Of a DNA stretch of 64,000 bases, positions 19,658 to 30,749 are shown piece by piece. Source of the DNA: Opitutales bacterium (GTDB taxonomy: Bacteria > Verrucomicrobiota > Verrucomicrobiia > Opitutales > JABSRG01); contig JBMYOQ010000003.1 of the NCBI GenBank assembly GCA_049599475.1, positions 86,291 through 150,290 on the forward strand, written 5' to 3'. A program made the position numbers and the translations under genes. Under the pieces are notes generated by a model. The model did no database searches, was not told where the DNA came from, and saw nothing but the letters and a program-made list of their open reading frames with translations. Position 1 is the first letter of the stretch, and every line of letters begins with the position of its first letter.

Positions 19658-21019
19658 ATGAAATTCATTTCAACACGCGGGCAGACAGAGCCCCACTCCT
19701 TCACTGAAGTCGTCGCAGCGGGCCTCGCTCCCGACGGGGGCTTATTCATCCCCGAGTCCCTGCCCAATCTCGGCGAGCGCTACCGCTCCTGGGAAAACCT
19801 GGACTACCCTAACCTTTGCGCCGCGTTCTTCAAAGTATTCGCGACCGACATCGAGTTTGGGCACATCAGTGAGATGGCCTACAAGGCCTACCAATCGTTT
19901 GATCATCCAGACTACGCGCCTTTTACGAAGCTCGACGAGAAGACCTATGCGCTTGAGCTTTTTCATGGCCCGACTCTGGCATTCAAGGATTTCGCGATGC
20001 AGTTCCTCGGTCAGTTGATCGAGTACCAGGTAAAGATGTCCAAAAAGCCTGTCACCATCCTGGGCGCTACCTCTGGCGACACCGGGGCCGCTGCCATCCA
20101 GGGACTCATGAATAAGAAGGGAGTCCATGTATTCATCCTCTATCCAGATGGCCGAATTTCGCCCCTTCAAGAGCGGCAGATGACCTGCACTGGCGCGAGC
20201 AACGTATTCCCCATTGCGATCGAAGGTTCCTTCGACGATGCCCAGTATGCGCTCAAAGACGTCTTTGCCGACGCGGATTTCCGCAGCGAGGTTGGTTTGA
20301 CGACCATCAACTCCATCAACATTGCTCGCATCCTGGCCCAGTGCGTCTACTACCTCTACGCCTACTTCCGCCTCCCAGCAGAGGTGCGCGAGTCGGGCAA
20401 TATAGAGTGGGTCGTGCCTACCGGTAATTTCGGTAATATCCTTGCCGGCTGGCTTGTCCAGCAGATGGGCGTGCCGCTCGGCTCGTTCCGTATCGCGACC
20501 AATCAGAATGACATTCTTCATCGCTTGTTCGACAACGGTGTCTACGAAACAGAAACCGTGCAGCCTAGCTATGCACCGTCAATGGACATTCAAGTCGCGT
20601 CGAATTTTGAGCGATTCGTCTACTTCGCCGAAAAACAAAACGCCGAGCGCGTCCGCGAAGTCATGCAGACCTTCCGCGAAACCGGGAAATACGTATTTGC
20701 GGATTTCGATCGCAGCACGTTCTCGAGCTCACGGACGCAAGACGCTGAAATCCCGAGCATCATCAAATCGGTATTCGAAAAACACGGATATACCATCGAT
20801 CCTCACACCGCATGTGGCTTCAAGGATCTAAACGCGGAGAAGGTCAGCATCGTTCTCTCAACCGCTCACCCGGCAAAATTCCCGGAAGTCGTCGAGCAAG
20901 GAACAGGCTCTGAACCTCTCGCAGACAGCCTCGAAGCGCTGAAAGCTAAGGATATAATCAATCACAAGGTCGCACCCGAAGCCGAAGCGATTCGATCATT
21001 CATAAGAGATAGCCTCTAA
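19658..21019 (+). CDS. thrC: Threonine synthase
   Basis: LAPDGGLF, ELFHGPTLAFKD (PLP Lys), GATSGDTG, VPTGNFGN, TAHPAKF. Confidence 0.95.
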   Translation: MKFISTRGQTEPHSFTEVVAAGLAPDGGLFIPESLPNLGERYRSWENLDYPNLCAAFFKVFATDIEFGHISEMAYKAYQSFDHPDYAPFTKLDEKTYALELFHGPTLAFKDFAMQFLGQLIEYQVKMSKKPVTILGATSGDTGAAAIQGLMNKKGVHVFILYPDGRISPLQERQMTCTGASNVFPIAIEGSFDDAQYALKDVFADADFRSEVGLTTINSINIARILAQCVYYLYAYFRLPAEVRESGNIEWVVPTGNFGNILAGWLVQQMGVPLGSFRIATNQNDILHRLFDNGVYETETVQPSYAPSMDIQVASNFERFVYFAEKQNAERVREVMQTFRETGKYVFADFDRSTFSSSRTQDAEIPSIIKSVFEKHGYTIDPHTACGFKDLNAEKVSIVLSTAHPAKFPEVVEQGTGSEPLADSLEALKAKDIINHKVAPEAEAIRSFIRDSL

Positions 21020-21227
21020 GGCTTTCTCGGCGCCAGGTTTCAGGTCTCCGCAGGCTTCAACATTGTATTCTCCGCTCTTTCTCAAGCGGGTGAGTCTGGG
21101 GTGCTGTCTCGCCGGAAAGCGCCGAAAACCTCACTTTCTTTGATTATTTTAGCTATTTGAGATTAGACAGCGGCAGTTTGGGCGAATTGATTATCAATAA
21201 CACGCCCACCCATCCGTTTTCTAATTT

Positions 21228-23426
21228 ATGCAAGCTTCGAGCGAACTCTCATACGGACTCCGGCGCACCCTGCTCATCAAGGTGCTGTCCAAGCCTCAAC
21301 CAACAGCAGAGGATGTCCAAGCCGTCATCGAGCTAACCTCGTCGAAAATCGTTGAGCTCCTCCATGCTCAATCCATGACATTTTATCTGTTAGACGACGA
21401 GGAGATCACCTTTCGTCACGTTTATTATTCGCCCACTCTCTGGGAGAACGCTCCGGACAAAGAGGCTCAATTCAATGCCCAGGCTGAGAAATTATTGAAA
21501 ATCCGCCTTCCGATGGGCAAAGGGATCGTCGGAAAGGTCATTTCCACAGGACAACCCCTTTTCTTCTTCCAGGGCGACGGCTCAGGGAATGAGATGATAT
21601 CCCTGTCGGATGCAGCCGGTTTCGATATCATGGCTATGGCTACCGTGCCGCTCATCGCTGCAGGACGCGTCATCGGAGCGGTACAGATGCTCAATAAAGA
21701 GCCAGATGCCGACACACAAATTTTTGAAGAGGAAGACTTGAGTGTCTTGCGCGAGGTCGCGGAATACGCCGCTCCTCTGATCCAACGCATGATGAATCCT
21801 GAGTATGCCCTTAGCGACCAGGATACTGCAAAATTCGTTGCCCGGTTCACGGATACTCCACTGTTGGCGACTCGGGATGAGGTGGACATCGATGACAAGC
21901 TAATGGAAGTCACCGGCGCCGAGGTTGTTCGCCGCACAAAGATCCTCCCCTTCAAACGTATTTCTCCCACAGCGGTTGAGGTGCTCATGCCCAACCCGCT
22001 CGATTACCAGATGCGCGAGTCGTTCACGGCCACCACGGAGATGCACATTGAAGAGGTCTATGTGGCTCCAGCCTCCCTGATCGATCAGCTGCTCAACGAG
22101 TTTTTTCCAGAAAAGCCCGAAGAACAATCGCACACAGACAGTGCCGAGATACATAAGCTGGCCGATGCCCTCGGTGATGAGTTTTCAGTCGATGAAGATA
22201 CCGAGGAAGGGGGAGGTCTCGACGACGAGGAAAGCGCGCCCATCATTCAACTGGCAAACCGCGTTATCGAAGATGCCTACGTTTCCGGAGCTTCCGATAT
22301 CCATATCGAACCTCAAGAAACCGAGCTCATTGTCCGCTACCGGGTCGACGGCGTTTGTCACGAGAAGTTAAAGCTTCCCGCTAAACTTGCCGGATCGCTC
22401 GTTGCCCGCCTGAAAGTAATGTCGGAGCTCGATATTGCTGAAAAACGCCTCCCTCAGGACGGGCGTATCGTATTTAAGAAGTTCACAAAGAAGAATATCG
22501 ATATCGACCTACGGGTTGCCACCGGGCCCATGAACTTTGGTGAAAAGGTCGTCATGCGGATCTTGGACAAATCCAAGTCTGCATTACCAATCACCGCTCT
22601 CGGTTTCTCCGAGGAAAACCTCACCCGCTACCGCGCTTGTATTCAGCAGCCGTATGGGATGATCCTACACTGCGGTCCAACCGGTTCGGGTAAGTCCATG
22701 ACTCTGTTCTCGGCGCTCCGCGAAATAGCGACTCCGGATATCAATATCCAAACCGCGGAAGACCCGATTGAGTATACCATCCCCGGCATCAATCAGATGC
22801 AGATGAAAAAGGAGATCGGACTCACCTTCGCCCGCGCCTTGAGAGCCTACCTCCGGATGGACCCAGACATCATTCTCGTGGGCGAGATTCGCGACCAAGA
22901 GACCGCCGAAATTGCCGTTGAAGCGGCTCTCACGGGTCACTTACTCCTTTCCACGCTTCACACCAACGACGCACCGAGCACCGTGGCCCGTTTCACAGAC
23001 ATGGACATCGAGCCGTTCATGATTTCGTCTTCGATGCTAGTAGTCTGCGCTCAGCGTTTGATTCGCCGGGTGTGCAAAGATTGCCGTCAGCTCTATACGC
23101 CTCAGGACAACGAGGCAGAGATCCTCGAACGCGCGATCGGCTGGGTGGGTGAATGCTACAAAGCTAGCGAAAAAGGATGCCCCAAATGCGGCGGCTCCGG
23201 CATGAAGGGCCGTGTAGGTATTCACGAACTCATGCAAAACAATGAGGACCTCACCAAGGCGATCAACGAAGGCCGCGAAACCGCAGAGCTCAAGCGCATC
23301 GCCATGGCCTCCGGCATGAAAACCCTTCACCAAGACTCCATGCTCAAGGTAAAGGAACACCTCTCCACGGTCCTCGAAGGCATCTCCAACGTGCCGCCAG
23401 ATATGATACGTTTGGAAGATCAGTAA
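21228..23426 (+). CDS. GspE/PilB-family secretion/pilus ATPase with N-terminal GAF domain
   Basis: GAF-like N-terminus (GIVGKVISTG...TVPL...IGAVQMLNK...FEEED); Walker A GPTGSGKS, Walker B ILVGEIRD, His box TGHLLLSTLHTN, CKDC/CPKC zinc motif. Confidence 0.9.
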   Translation: MQASSELSYGLRRTLLIKVLSKPQPTAEDVQAVIELTSSKIVELLHAQSMTFYLLDDEEITFRHVYYSPTLWENAPDKEAQFNAQAEKLLKIRLPMGKGIVGKVISTGQPLFFFQGDGSGNEMISLSDAAGFDIMAMATVPLIAAGRVIGAVQMLNKEPDADTQIFEEEDLSVLREVAEYAAPLIQRMMNPEYALSDQDTAKFVARFTDTPLLATRDEVDIDDKLMEVTGAEVVRRTKILPFKRISPTAVEVLMPNPLDYQMRESFTATTEMHIEEVYVAPASLIDQLLNEFFPEKPEEQSHTDSAEIHKLADALGDEFSVDEDTEEGGGLDDEESAPIIQLANRVIEDAYVSGASDIHIEPQETELIVRYRVDGVCHEKLKLPAKLAGSLVARLKVMSELDIAEKRLPQDGRIVFKKFTKKNIDIDLRVATGPMNFGEKVVMRILDKSKSALPITALGFSEENLTRYRACIQQPYGMILHCGPTGSGKSMTLFSALREIATPDINIQTAEDPIEYTIPGINQMQMKKEIGLTFARALRAYLRMDPDIILVGEIRDQETAEIAVEAALTGHLLLSTLHTNDAPSTVARFTDMDIEPFMISSSMLVVCAQRLIRRVCKDCRQLYTPQDNEAEILERAIGWVGECYKASEKGCPKCGGSGMKGRVGIHELMQNNEDLTKAINEGRETAELKRIAMASGMKTLHQDSMLKVKEHLSTVLEGISNVPPDMIRLEDQ

Positions 23427-23470
23427 GACTAATGCATGAGGCTCCGCTGTGATTTCGATTTCATTTATCT

Positions 23471-25579
23471 TTGAGCTTGTCGAATACCTCTCAAGTTTTG
23501 CGCAAAGCAACCACAGTCAAAAATTGGAAGTCAGCATGCAATCAAGCGTCTTATGAATCCACCTTGGAGAAATTCGCGGGTAGTGCAGCTGGCCACGCCG
23601 CCCAATGTGAAGAGCTTTTCTTAAGCCTCGGCAGCCGAATGATCGAAATCAGTTCGGAGACCCCAAAGATCATTGAAAACGCACAGGCTACGGTTGAACT
23701 CATTTCAGAAGACCTGAAAAATCAGAGCCTCGAAACCCTCATCGATTCTCTTTTCCATTCAATGGAGTCCTCCGTCGCTCTGCTAGAAACCGAAGAGCAA
23801 AGCAGTGAAATTTTCCTTTCTGTATGTAAGAGCCTCACAGAAATTCAAAACGACTTCAAAGGTCACCTGCTCACCTTAAAAACCCTCTCCGTGGGTTTCG
23901 GTATCCAAGGAGCCTCCATCCCCGGCGCAGAGCAACGGTTCAAGCCCTTCGTTCTAGAGATGCAGGATTTCATATCCAAAATCGAAAAAACATTCGCCCA
24001 GCTCCAAACCCACAATCAAGAGGGCACTCAGAAAGCCATCGATCGCTCGCATGCCGTGACCACAACGGTAGCACGACTTCAAAAGCTAAAAGAACAATCC
24101 AAAGCGGAGATCAAAGAGGCACTCAACTAATGGGAAGAGGTCAACAAGGAGCTTACCCTCTCGATGCAGGCCATCGAGAAAATTACAAACCGCGTCGCTC
24201 TGGCTTCGAATACTATCGTCGGGCTTATGCAAACCGGCGACCGCATACGGCAAGCAGTTGAGCATATTCAAAGTGGCCTAGAATCGATCGACCCGAGATC
24301 TCTAGATCCAAAGCTTAGAAAGCTAATTGCGCCCAAAAAGCGACAGAAGACAGGTCAGTCCCTAGCTATTTTAAAACTTCAGGCGGCTCAGTTAGAATAC
24401 ATTTCAGACGACCTTCTTTCTGCCAGAGATGGAATCGTCTCTCAATTCAGCGAACTCCATCTCTGCATGCAGGAACTTTCTGAACGAATCAGCCTTTCAG
24501 AGTCTACAGAAGACAATTCCCTGAGTCCCGAGAAGCTAGTCAACCAACTCACCGAAGTAGACCATCTAATCGAGGAAATTAGTGAGGAGCTCACCCACTC
24601 CAATGATATCCGCGAGGATAGCGTCCGAAACATTGGAGCTATTCTCACCCAAGTGGACGCTATCGAGGAGACTGGATTCGACATGCAAGTAAACGCGCTC
24701 AACGCGGTCATCAACGCCTCGCAGATTGGGGAATCAGGGGCCTCACTTGCAGTACTTGCAGAGGAGACCATGCGTTTGAGTCAAGTAATGGATACAAGCA
24801 TCGGTAAAGTCTTAGACGAGGCCAAATCCCTCCAATCCGATGTCTCTACCACAGAAGAATCCACCGATTTCGGAGAATCCCGAGCAGCATTCTCTAAGGT
24901 TCGAAACAACCTCTCCTCTTCAAGCGCCCAATGCGCAGAGAAAAGGGCCTCGATCGAATCCGGTATGATGAAATTGAATAAAGTAATTACCAACGCGCGC
25001 CCTCAGCTCGAGTCACTCGAACACTTGGTGCAAGAAATGGATGCTATCAAGTCAAAGATCACAGACTACCTAAAGCCTTGGGAAAGTTTCTTCGGCACCG
25101 AGTGGATTGCCTCATACCTCAGCATGGATACCAGTCAATACACTATGGAGCATGAGCGCGTGGTTCACCAACAAGTTGCAAATCTAGCCAATCAAGTCCA
25201 CGAAAACACGAAGACGGCTCCACCTCCTCAAGACGAGGGAGAGATTGAAATGTTTTCCGAAAGTGATGAAGTAGACATCGGTTTTCCCAAGGGCGACGAC
25301 ACTCCAGCGAAGAATACGTCACCAGCTTCACAAAACGCATCCCACGAAGACATTGAACTCTTTGATAGCGGAGATGATATAGAGCTCTTCGATAACGATG
25401 ACGGCATCGAACTTTTCGAAGGAGAATCAAACAAATCCGAAGCACCAACTTCTGAAAGTGCAAAAAAAACCTCATTTGAAGACGACGGAATCGAGCTCTT
25501 CGATGATGACGATGGGATAGAACTCTTTGATGACGAGCAGGCAAATTCCGCCGAAGAGTCTACACGACCTCATGATTAG
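23471..25579 (+). pseudogene. Soluble MCP-like coiled-coil protein interrupted by one in-frame TAA (24128-24130)
   Basis: ORFs 23471-24130 and 24164-25579 share a frame, separated only by TAA; MCP-like motif MQVNALNAVINASQIGESGASLAVLAEETMRL; acidic tail with IELF repeats. Confidence 0.7.
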
Positions 25580-25812
25580 TGATTCTAATACAGTCTAATC
25601 TGTCGAAACTTCGATAATCAGGAATAATATTCACCAATTTAATTTGAAGTTCCTTTCAGATTCATAACGCTCCTAACGATATGTTCCTCTATGTGTAATC
25701 TAGCGGAACATTTTCCGAGTAAGCCTGCTGATGAAGTTCTGAAGCGACTCATGGCACTAGGTTACATGCATTCACCCGTTTAACACGATGAATCAATGTT
25801 ACCCATCGCACC

Positions 25813-26175
25813 ATGAAATCAATATTAATTGCGGATGACTCCGCAAGCATGCGCCAGATGGTGGAGTTTACCCTTCGTGGAGCTGGCTATAACGTAACCA
25901 GCTGTCCTGACGGCGAAGCGGCCTCCCAAACCGCACAAGGTCAGGCCTTCGACATGGTCCTGACCGACCTCAATATGCCCGGGAAAAACGGCATAGAATT
26001 GATTCGCTCCATCCGCGGAAGTGGCCCCAATGCGACCAAACCGATAATCATGCTCACCACCGAGTCTGATCCTGAAAAGAAGCAACAGGGCAAAGCTGCC
26101 GGAGCCACCGGTTGGATCGTGAAACCCTTTGATGGAGATAAACTGATCGCGGTCGTGAAGAAAGTCCTTCGCTAA
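25813..26175 (+). CDS. cheY: Chemotaxis response regulator CheY
   Basis: ILIADDS...LTDLNMP...MLTTES...GWIVKPF. Confidence 0.93.
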   Translation: MKSILIADDSASMRQMVEFTLRGAGYNVTSCPDGEAASQTAQGQAFDMVLTDLNMPGKNGIELIRSIRGSGPNATKPIIMLTTESDPEKKQQGKAAGATGWIVKPFDGDKLIAVVKKVLR

Positions 26176-26218
26176 AATCACCGGCAATACACCACCCTTT
26201 TAGCACTGCCCTGCTACT

Positions 26219-28342
26219 ATGCCAGATTCCGACCCATCCAAGGCATTCGCTGCCGCTTTCGTCGAAGAAGCCGCGGATCTCCTCGAAGAGATCGAAAACA
26301 CGCTCATGGAGCTCGAACAAAACACGAGCAACCGTGACCTACTCGACCGCCTTTTCCGGGCTATTCACACGCTCAAAGGCTCGGGATCGATGTTCCAGTT
26401 CGAGGCCCTCGCCAATTTTGCGCACATTGTAGAGACGGTGATGGACCGAGCTCGCGACGGGAAAATCGATTTCACAGAAAAGCTGGCTGATACGATTTTA
26501 CGCTGCCGCGATTACTTCAACGAATTGCTGCAAGCCCAGCTAAACAGCATCAACGCATGCCCCGACACCGGAAAGCAGCTTGAGACCGAGCTGAAAGCCT
26601 ACCTCGAGACATCCGCATCGAGAGATGAACCGACAGACACCGACTCCGCCAGCGATGACACCGAAGACGATCCCAATGCGGAATACGTAACCTGGGTATA
26701 TTTTAAACCCGATCCCCTCATTTCAAAAAACGGTAACGACCCCGCAATATTGCTCGGAGACCTTCAGGAAACGGGCCCTAGTGTAGTGATCGTAGATGAC
26801 AAATTCGAACCCGAGGATATCGAAGACTTCGATCCCACGAATTGCTACCTGTCCTGGGACATTTTTATCGGAGGATATATTTCTGACGAAGCGATTGAAG
26901 ATGTCTTTTTATTTGTAGCGGAAGAAAGCGATATCGTCGTCAACCGTATTAAATTGCCCGGCTCAAATCCCCCCTCGCTCGAAGAGCCTCCAAAAATCGC
27001 CGCGAAAGCATGGGAAGAAAGCCCTGATCGCGAACGCTCCCGTGCATTAGCTCATCTAAAGGCTGCCTTCACTCCACAAGTCCCGGAACAAGCTGCTACT
27101 CAACCCGAGGCAAAGTCTCAATGCGAAGCCGCACCGAAGACTGCCACAAATACGAAATCCCAAGAGAGTATTCGTGTCGCCGCACCCCGCATTGATGATC
27201 TCGTAAATCTAGTCGGCGAACTCGTGATTAACCAATCGCGCCTCGTTCAATTGGCCCAAGGCCTAGGCTCCGCCGAAATGGTAACCGCAGTCGAGGAAAC
27301 GGAACGCCTTGTCGGGAATCTGCGCAACAACGTGTTGAGCATTCGTATGATGCCGGTGGGTACTATGTTTACCAAAATAAAACGCTTAGTCCGCGACCTT
27401 TCCCAGACACTGGAAAAGCCGGTAGAGCTGACTTTAAAAGGCAGCGAAACGGAACTCGATAAATCAGTCATTGACCAGCTCTTCGATCCCTTGGTTCACA
27501 TCATCCGCAACTCGATGGACCACGGAATCGAGTCCGCTGAACAACGCGCCGCATCTGGAAAGCCTGAAAAAGGCAATCTCACCCTCGAGGCCATTCACAA
27601 GGGCGCATCAGTCATGATTCGTATTCAGGACGATGGCGGCGGCCTCAATGCTGAGAAAATCCTCCAGCGTGCGATCGAGCGAAAGATCGTGCCTGAGAAT
27701 GTCCAACTGAGCGAAAACGAAATTTACGATCTGATATTCAAACCCGGCTTCTCCACAGCTGAGACCATTTCCCAAGTATCTGGGCGCGGAGTCGGCATGG
27801 ACGTCGTAAGGCGCAGCATCGAGGAGCTACGCGGACAAATTCATCTAGACTCTGAACCAGGCAAAGGCACTACGCTTTCACTCACACTTCCGCTCACGCT
27901 AGCCATTATCGACGGCCTTCTCGTAGAAGTCGATCGGGACCGCTTCATCATACCGATGTCTCTGGTCACGGAAAATGTCGAAATCAGCAACGAGGAACGT
28001 TCACAAAACAATGGTCGCAATTTAATTACTGTAAGAGGTAAGCAAATACCCTTTCTACGCCTGCGAGAAGTATTCCAATACGCCACGACCCCCGACCCCG
28101 ATCTTGAAAAGGTTGTATTATTAGAAACGGACAACGGGCGCATTGGCTTTGTCGTAGATCGCGTCATAGGCACTCACCAAACGGTCATACAATCCCTGGG
28201 GCGCACCCTCGCCCACATCGACCTCGTATCCGGATCTACAATACTTGGAGATGGCTCTGTAGCTTTGATTCTAGACGTCCCGGGAGTCGTCAAAAGTGCA
28301 AGCGAACAAGACCGCTCAACTCAATTACGGCAAAGCGCCTAA
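26219..28342 (+). CDS. cheA: Chemotaxis histidine kinase CheA
   Basis: FRAIHTLKGSG, HIIRNSMDHG, PGFSTA...SGRGVGMDVV, single CheW domain. Confidence 0.96.
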   Translation: MPDSDPSKAFAAAFVEEAADLLEEIENTLMELEQNTSNRDLLDRLFRAIHTLKGSGSMFQFEALANFAHIVETVMDRARDGKIDFTEKLADTILRCRDYFNELLQAQLNSINACPDTGKQLETELKAYLETSASRDEPTDTDSASDDTEDDPNAEYVTWVYFKPDPLISKNGNDPAILLGDLQETGPSVVIVDDKFEPEDIEDFDPTNCYLSWDIFIGGYISDEAIEDVFLFVAEESDIVVNRIKLPGSNPPSLEEPPKIAAKAWEESPDRERSRALAHLKAAFTPQVPEQAATQPEAKSQCEAAPKTATNTKSQESIRVAAPRIDDLVNLVGELVINQSRLVQLAQGLGSAEMVTAVEETERLVGNLRNNVLSIRMMPVGTMFTKIKRLVRDLSQTLEKPVELTLKGSETELDKSVIDQLFDPLVHIIRNSMDHGIESAEQRAASGKPEKGNLTLEAIHKGASVMIRIQDDGGGLNAEKILQRAIERKIVPENVQLSENEIYDLIFKPGFSTAETISQVSGRGVGMDVVRRSIEELRGQIHLDSEPGKGTTLSLTLPLTLAIIDGLLVEVDRDRFIIPMSLVTENVEISNEERSQNNGRNLITVRGKQIPFLRLREVFQYATTPDPDLEKVVLLETDNGRIGFVVDRVIGTHQTVIQSLGRTLAHIDLVSGSTILGDGSVALILDVPGVVKSASEQDRSTQLRQSA

Positions 28343-28381
28343 ACATCAAAATTTAACAATAAATCCACACTGCCAAATAAT

Positions 28382-30187
28382 ATGAGATTCACCATAAAAT
28401 TAAAACTAGCGGCAGGATTTGCCGTCATCCTCGGCCTCTTGGCATTCGCGTCATACGAAAGCCTCGTCAAGATGGACGAAATGCACACGCAGATCGAAAC
28501 CCTCGTGGACGAGTCTGCAGAACGCGTGCGCCTCGCAAAAACCGTTGACATTGAAATGCTCGAAATTGCGCTCGATGAAAAGAAGATCATTCTTGCCGCA
28601 GACGCCAAGGAGAAGGAAAAGATCTTCAAGCACTCGGATAAGATTATCCAATCGATGAAATCCGACCTGAAAGCCTTGGCCGCAATCGAAGACGATGCCG
28701 GGCTCCGGAAACTCGAGAAATTCCAAACCGTTTTCGATGAATATCTCGGCTTTAATAAAGAGATCCGCGAGATGTGTCTAGCCGGTCAAAAAGATGAAGC
28801 TCTGGCACTCGCCATGGGAGACAGCAAAACGCTTTTAGACGAAGCCTCTGCATTAATGATGGAGGTCGTAAAAGCCAGCGAACAGTCGATGCAAAGGGAT
28901 AAAGCCGCCTCCGAAGAGACTTATAGCGCCGCTCTTAGCCTGCTTATCACCGTCTCTGCCGTAGCCATGATTGTCGGAACTGTCATCGCGTTATATATCG
29001 GCGTATCCATTTCACGTGGCGTGAATAAAGCCGTAGAAGTCTGCCAAGCCGTATCAGTCGGAGACCTCACCCAAAAGGTCGAAAACCTTTCCAATGATGA
29101 GGTAGGCGACCTACTTAAGGCTCTAAACCGGATGATCGATAACCTCGCAGAAACGGCTCATACCGCCGAGAAAATCGCCGGCGGCGACCTGCGCGTTAAG
29201 GCAAAGATTTTATCCGAAAAAGACACCTTAGGGCAGTCCCTTGACAGCATGATTCAGAGCCTCCAGCGCGTGGTCGGTGAAGTCGCATCAGCCTCAGACC
29301 AAGTTGCTGCTGGCAGCCAGGAATTGAGCGCGACGGCCCAGCAACTTTCGCAAGGCGCCACCGAGCAGTCCTCTGCTGCCGAGGAAACATCCGCCTCAAT
29401 CGAAGAGATGTCCGCGGGCATCCAGCAAAATGCAGACAACTCTCGCCAAACTGAGCAGATCGCGATCAATGCCGCTGCCAATGCCAAAGATGGCGGAGAA
29501 GCTGTCACGCAAACGGTCGAATCCATGCGTTTGATTGCCGACAAAATTTCTATCATTGAAGAGATATCTCGGAAGACCGACCTGCTCGCCCTGAATGCCG
29601 CAGTCGAAGCCGCACGCGCCGGAGAACATGGGCGCGGGTTCGCTGTAGTGGCCTCTGAAGTACGCAAACTTGCCGAACGCAGCCAAGCATCCGCTGCCGA
29701 TATCCGCGACCTATCCGCCAATGGCGTATCCATTGCGGAGAAGGCCAACGGACTGATCGAAGAACTCATTCCAAACATCGGCCGCACCTCGGATTTGGTC
29801 CAAGAAATCAGCGCCGCGAGTGCTGAGCAAAATACCGGAGCTTCGCAAATCACCAAGGCGATCCAAGAGCTCGACGAAGTCATCCAGCAAAACGCATCGG
29901 CTTCTGAGGAAATGGCATCGACTTCCGAGGAGCTTTCATCTCAAGCAGACCTACTGCTCAGTTCTGTATCCTTCTTCAAAACAGACGGCGCTCCCCCGAG
30001 CAGCCAGTCCGCGCCTCAACAAGCGACACCCGCCCCGGCGCCCGTGTCAAGCCCGGCAAGCAAACCCGCCGTAAAAGCTCAGGAACCGGAGCGAGACAGC
30101 GGAAGCGGCCCCATGATCGACTTGGATGCCGATGACGATTTTGCCAACGCTGAGGCAGGCTCAACAGGCGGCTTCGAGCGCTACTAA
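28382..30187 (+). CDS. Methyl-accepting chemotaxis protein (helical-bundle sensor, HAMP, signalling domain, C-terminal pentapeptide GFERY)
   Basis: Two TM segments; [36 protein letters not shown]. Confidence 0.96.
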   Translation: MRFTIKLKLAAGFAVILGLLAFASYESLVKMDEMHTQIETLVDESAERVRLAKTVDIEMLEIALDEKKIILAADAKEKEKIFKHSDKIIQSMKSDLKALAAIEDDAGLRKLEKFQTVFDEYLGFNKEIREMCLAGQKDEALALAMGDSKTLLDEASALMMEVVKASEQSMQRDKAASEETYSAALSLLITVSAVAMIVGTVIALYIGVSISRGVNKAVEVCQAVSVGDLTQKVENLSNDEVGDLLKALNRMIDNLAETAHTAEKIAGGDLRVKAKILSEKDTLGQSLDSMIQSLQRVVGEVASASDQVAAGSQELSATAQQLSQGATEQSSAAEETSASIEEMSAGIQQNADNSRQTEQIAINAAANAKDGGEAVTQTVESMRLIADKISIIEEISRKTDLLALNAAVEAARAGEHGRGFAVVASEVRKLAERSQASAADIRDLSANGVSIAEKANGLIEELIPNIGRTSDLVQEISAASAEQNTGASQITKAIQELDEVIQQNASASEEMASTSEELSSQADLLLSSVSFFKTDGAPPSSQSAPQQATPAPAPVSSPASKPAVKAQEPERDSGSGPMIDLDADDDFANAEAGSTGGFERY

Positions 30188-30203
30188 CTCAGGATCGCCA
30201 AGC

Positions 30204-30740
30204 ATGAAATCCTTCGATGCAGAGAGCCTCACAGGCCAATATATTACCTTCAAGCTGGGCGATGAAACCTTTGCAGTCAGCGTCCATCAAGTCAGAGAGG
30301 TTTTAGACATCACCGAGTTTGCCCGGATACCCAACGCTCCCGACTACATGCGCGGAGTCGTAAACGTGCGCGGTAGCGCGATCCCCGTGGTCGACCTTCG
30401 CAAAAAATTCGGACTCCCTAGCACTGAACCCTCGGACGACTCACGCATTGTCATCATCGAACTCCAGACTGAGGATGAAGTCTGCGTGGTCGGCGGTATG
30501 GCAGATTCTGTGAAAGAGGTCCTTGAGCTTCGGTCCAGCGATATCGACGAGCCCCCGAAGCTCGGCGTTAATTGGCACAGCGAGTTCATCCAAGGTCTGG
30601 GGAAACAAGGCGACGAGTTCATCATACTGCTCAACATGCAGCACCTGTTTGAAATGGATGATCTCGCCGACACGCTCACCGAACTCAATCAAGACCAACT
30701 TGAAGCGGCCGCGCAACCTGCAGCGCAACCCGGTAAGTAA
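30204..30740 (+). CDS. cheW: CheW (start moved to MKSFDA)
   Basis: QYITFKLGDETFA...MRGVVNVRGSAIPVVDLR. Confidence 0.93.
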   Translation: MKSFDAESLTGQYITFKLGDETFAVSVHQVREVLDITEFARIPNAPDYMRGVVNVRGSAIPVVDLRKKFGLPSTEPSDDSRIVIIELQTEDEVCVVGGMADSVKEVLELRSSDIDEPPKLGVNWHSEFIQGLGKQGDEFIILLNMQHLFEMDDLADTLTELNQDQLEAAAQPAAQPGK

Positions 30741-30749
30741 GGCCAAACC

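Noticed and set aside
19742..20521. 259-aa minus-strand ORF, and similar antisense ORFs in cheA, mcp and the giant gene
   Set aside because: Fully overlap well-supported genes on the opposite strand and show no motifs
25340..25530. DNA-level repeats that could suggest an array
   Set aside because: They are in-frame coding repeats of the IELF motif with synonymous variation
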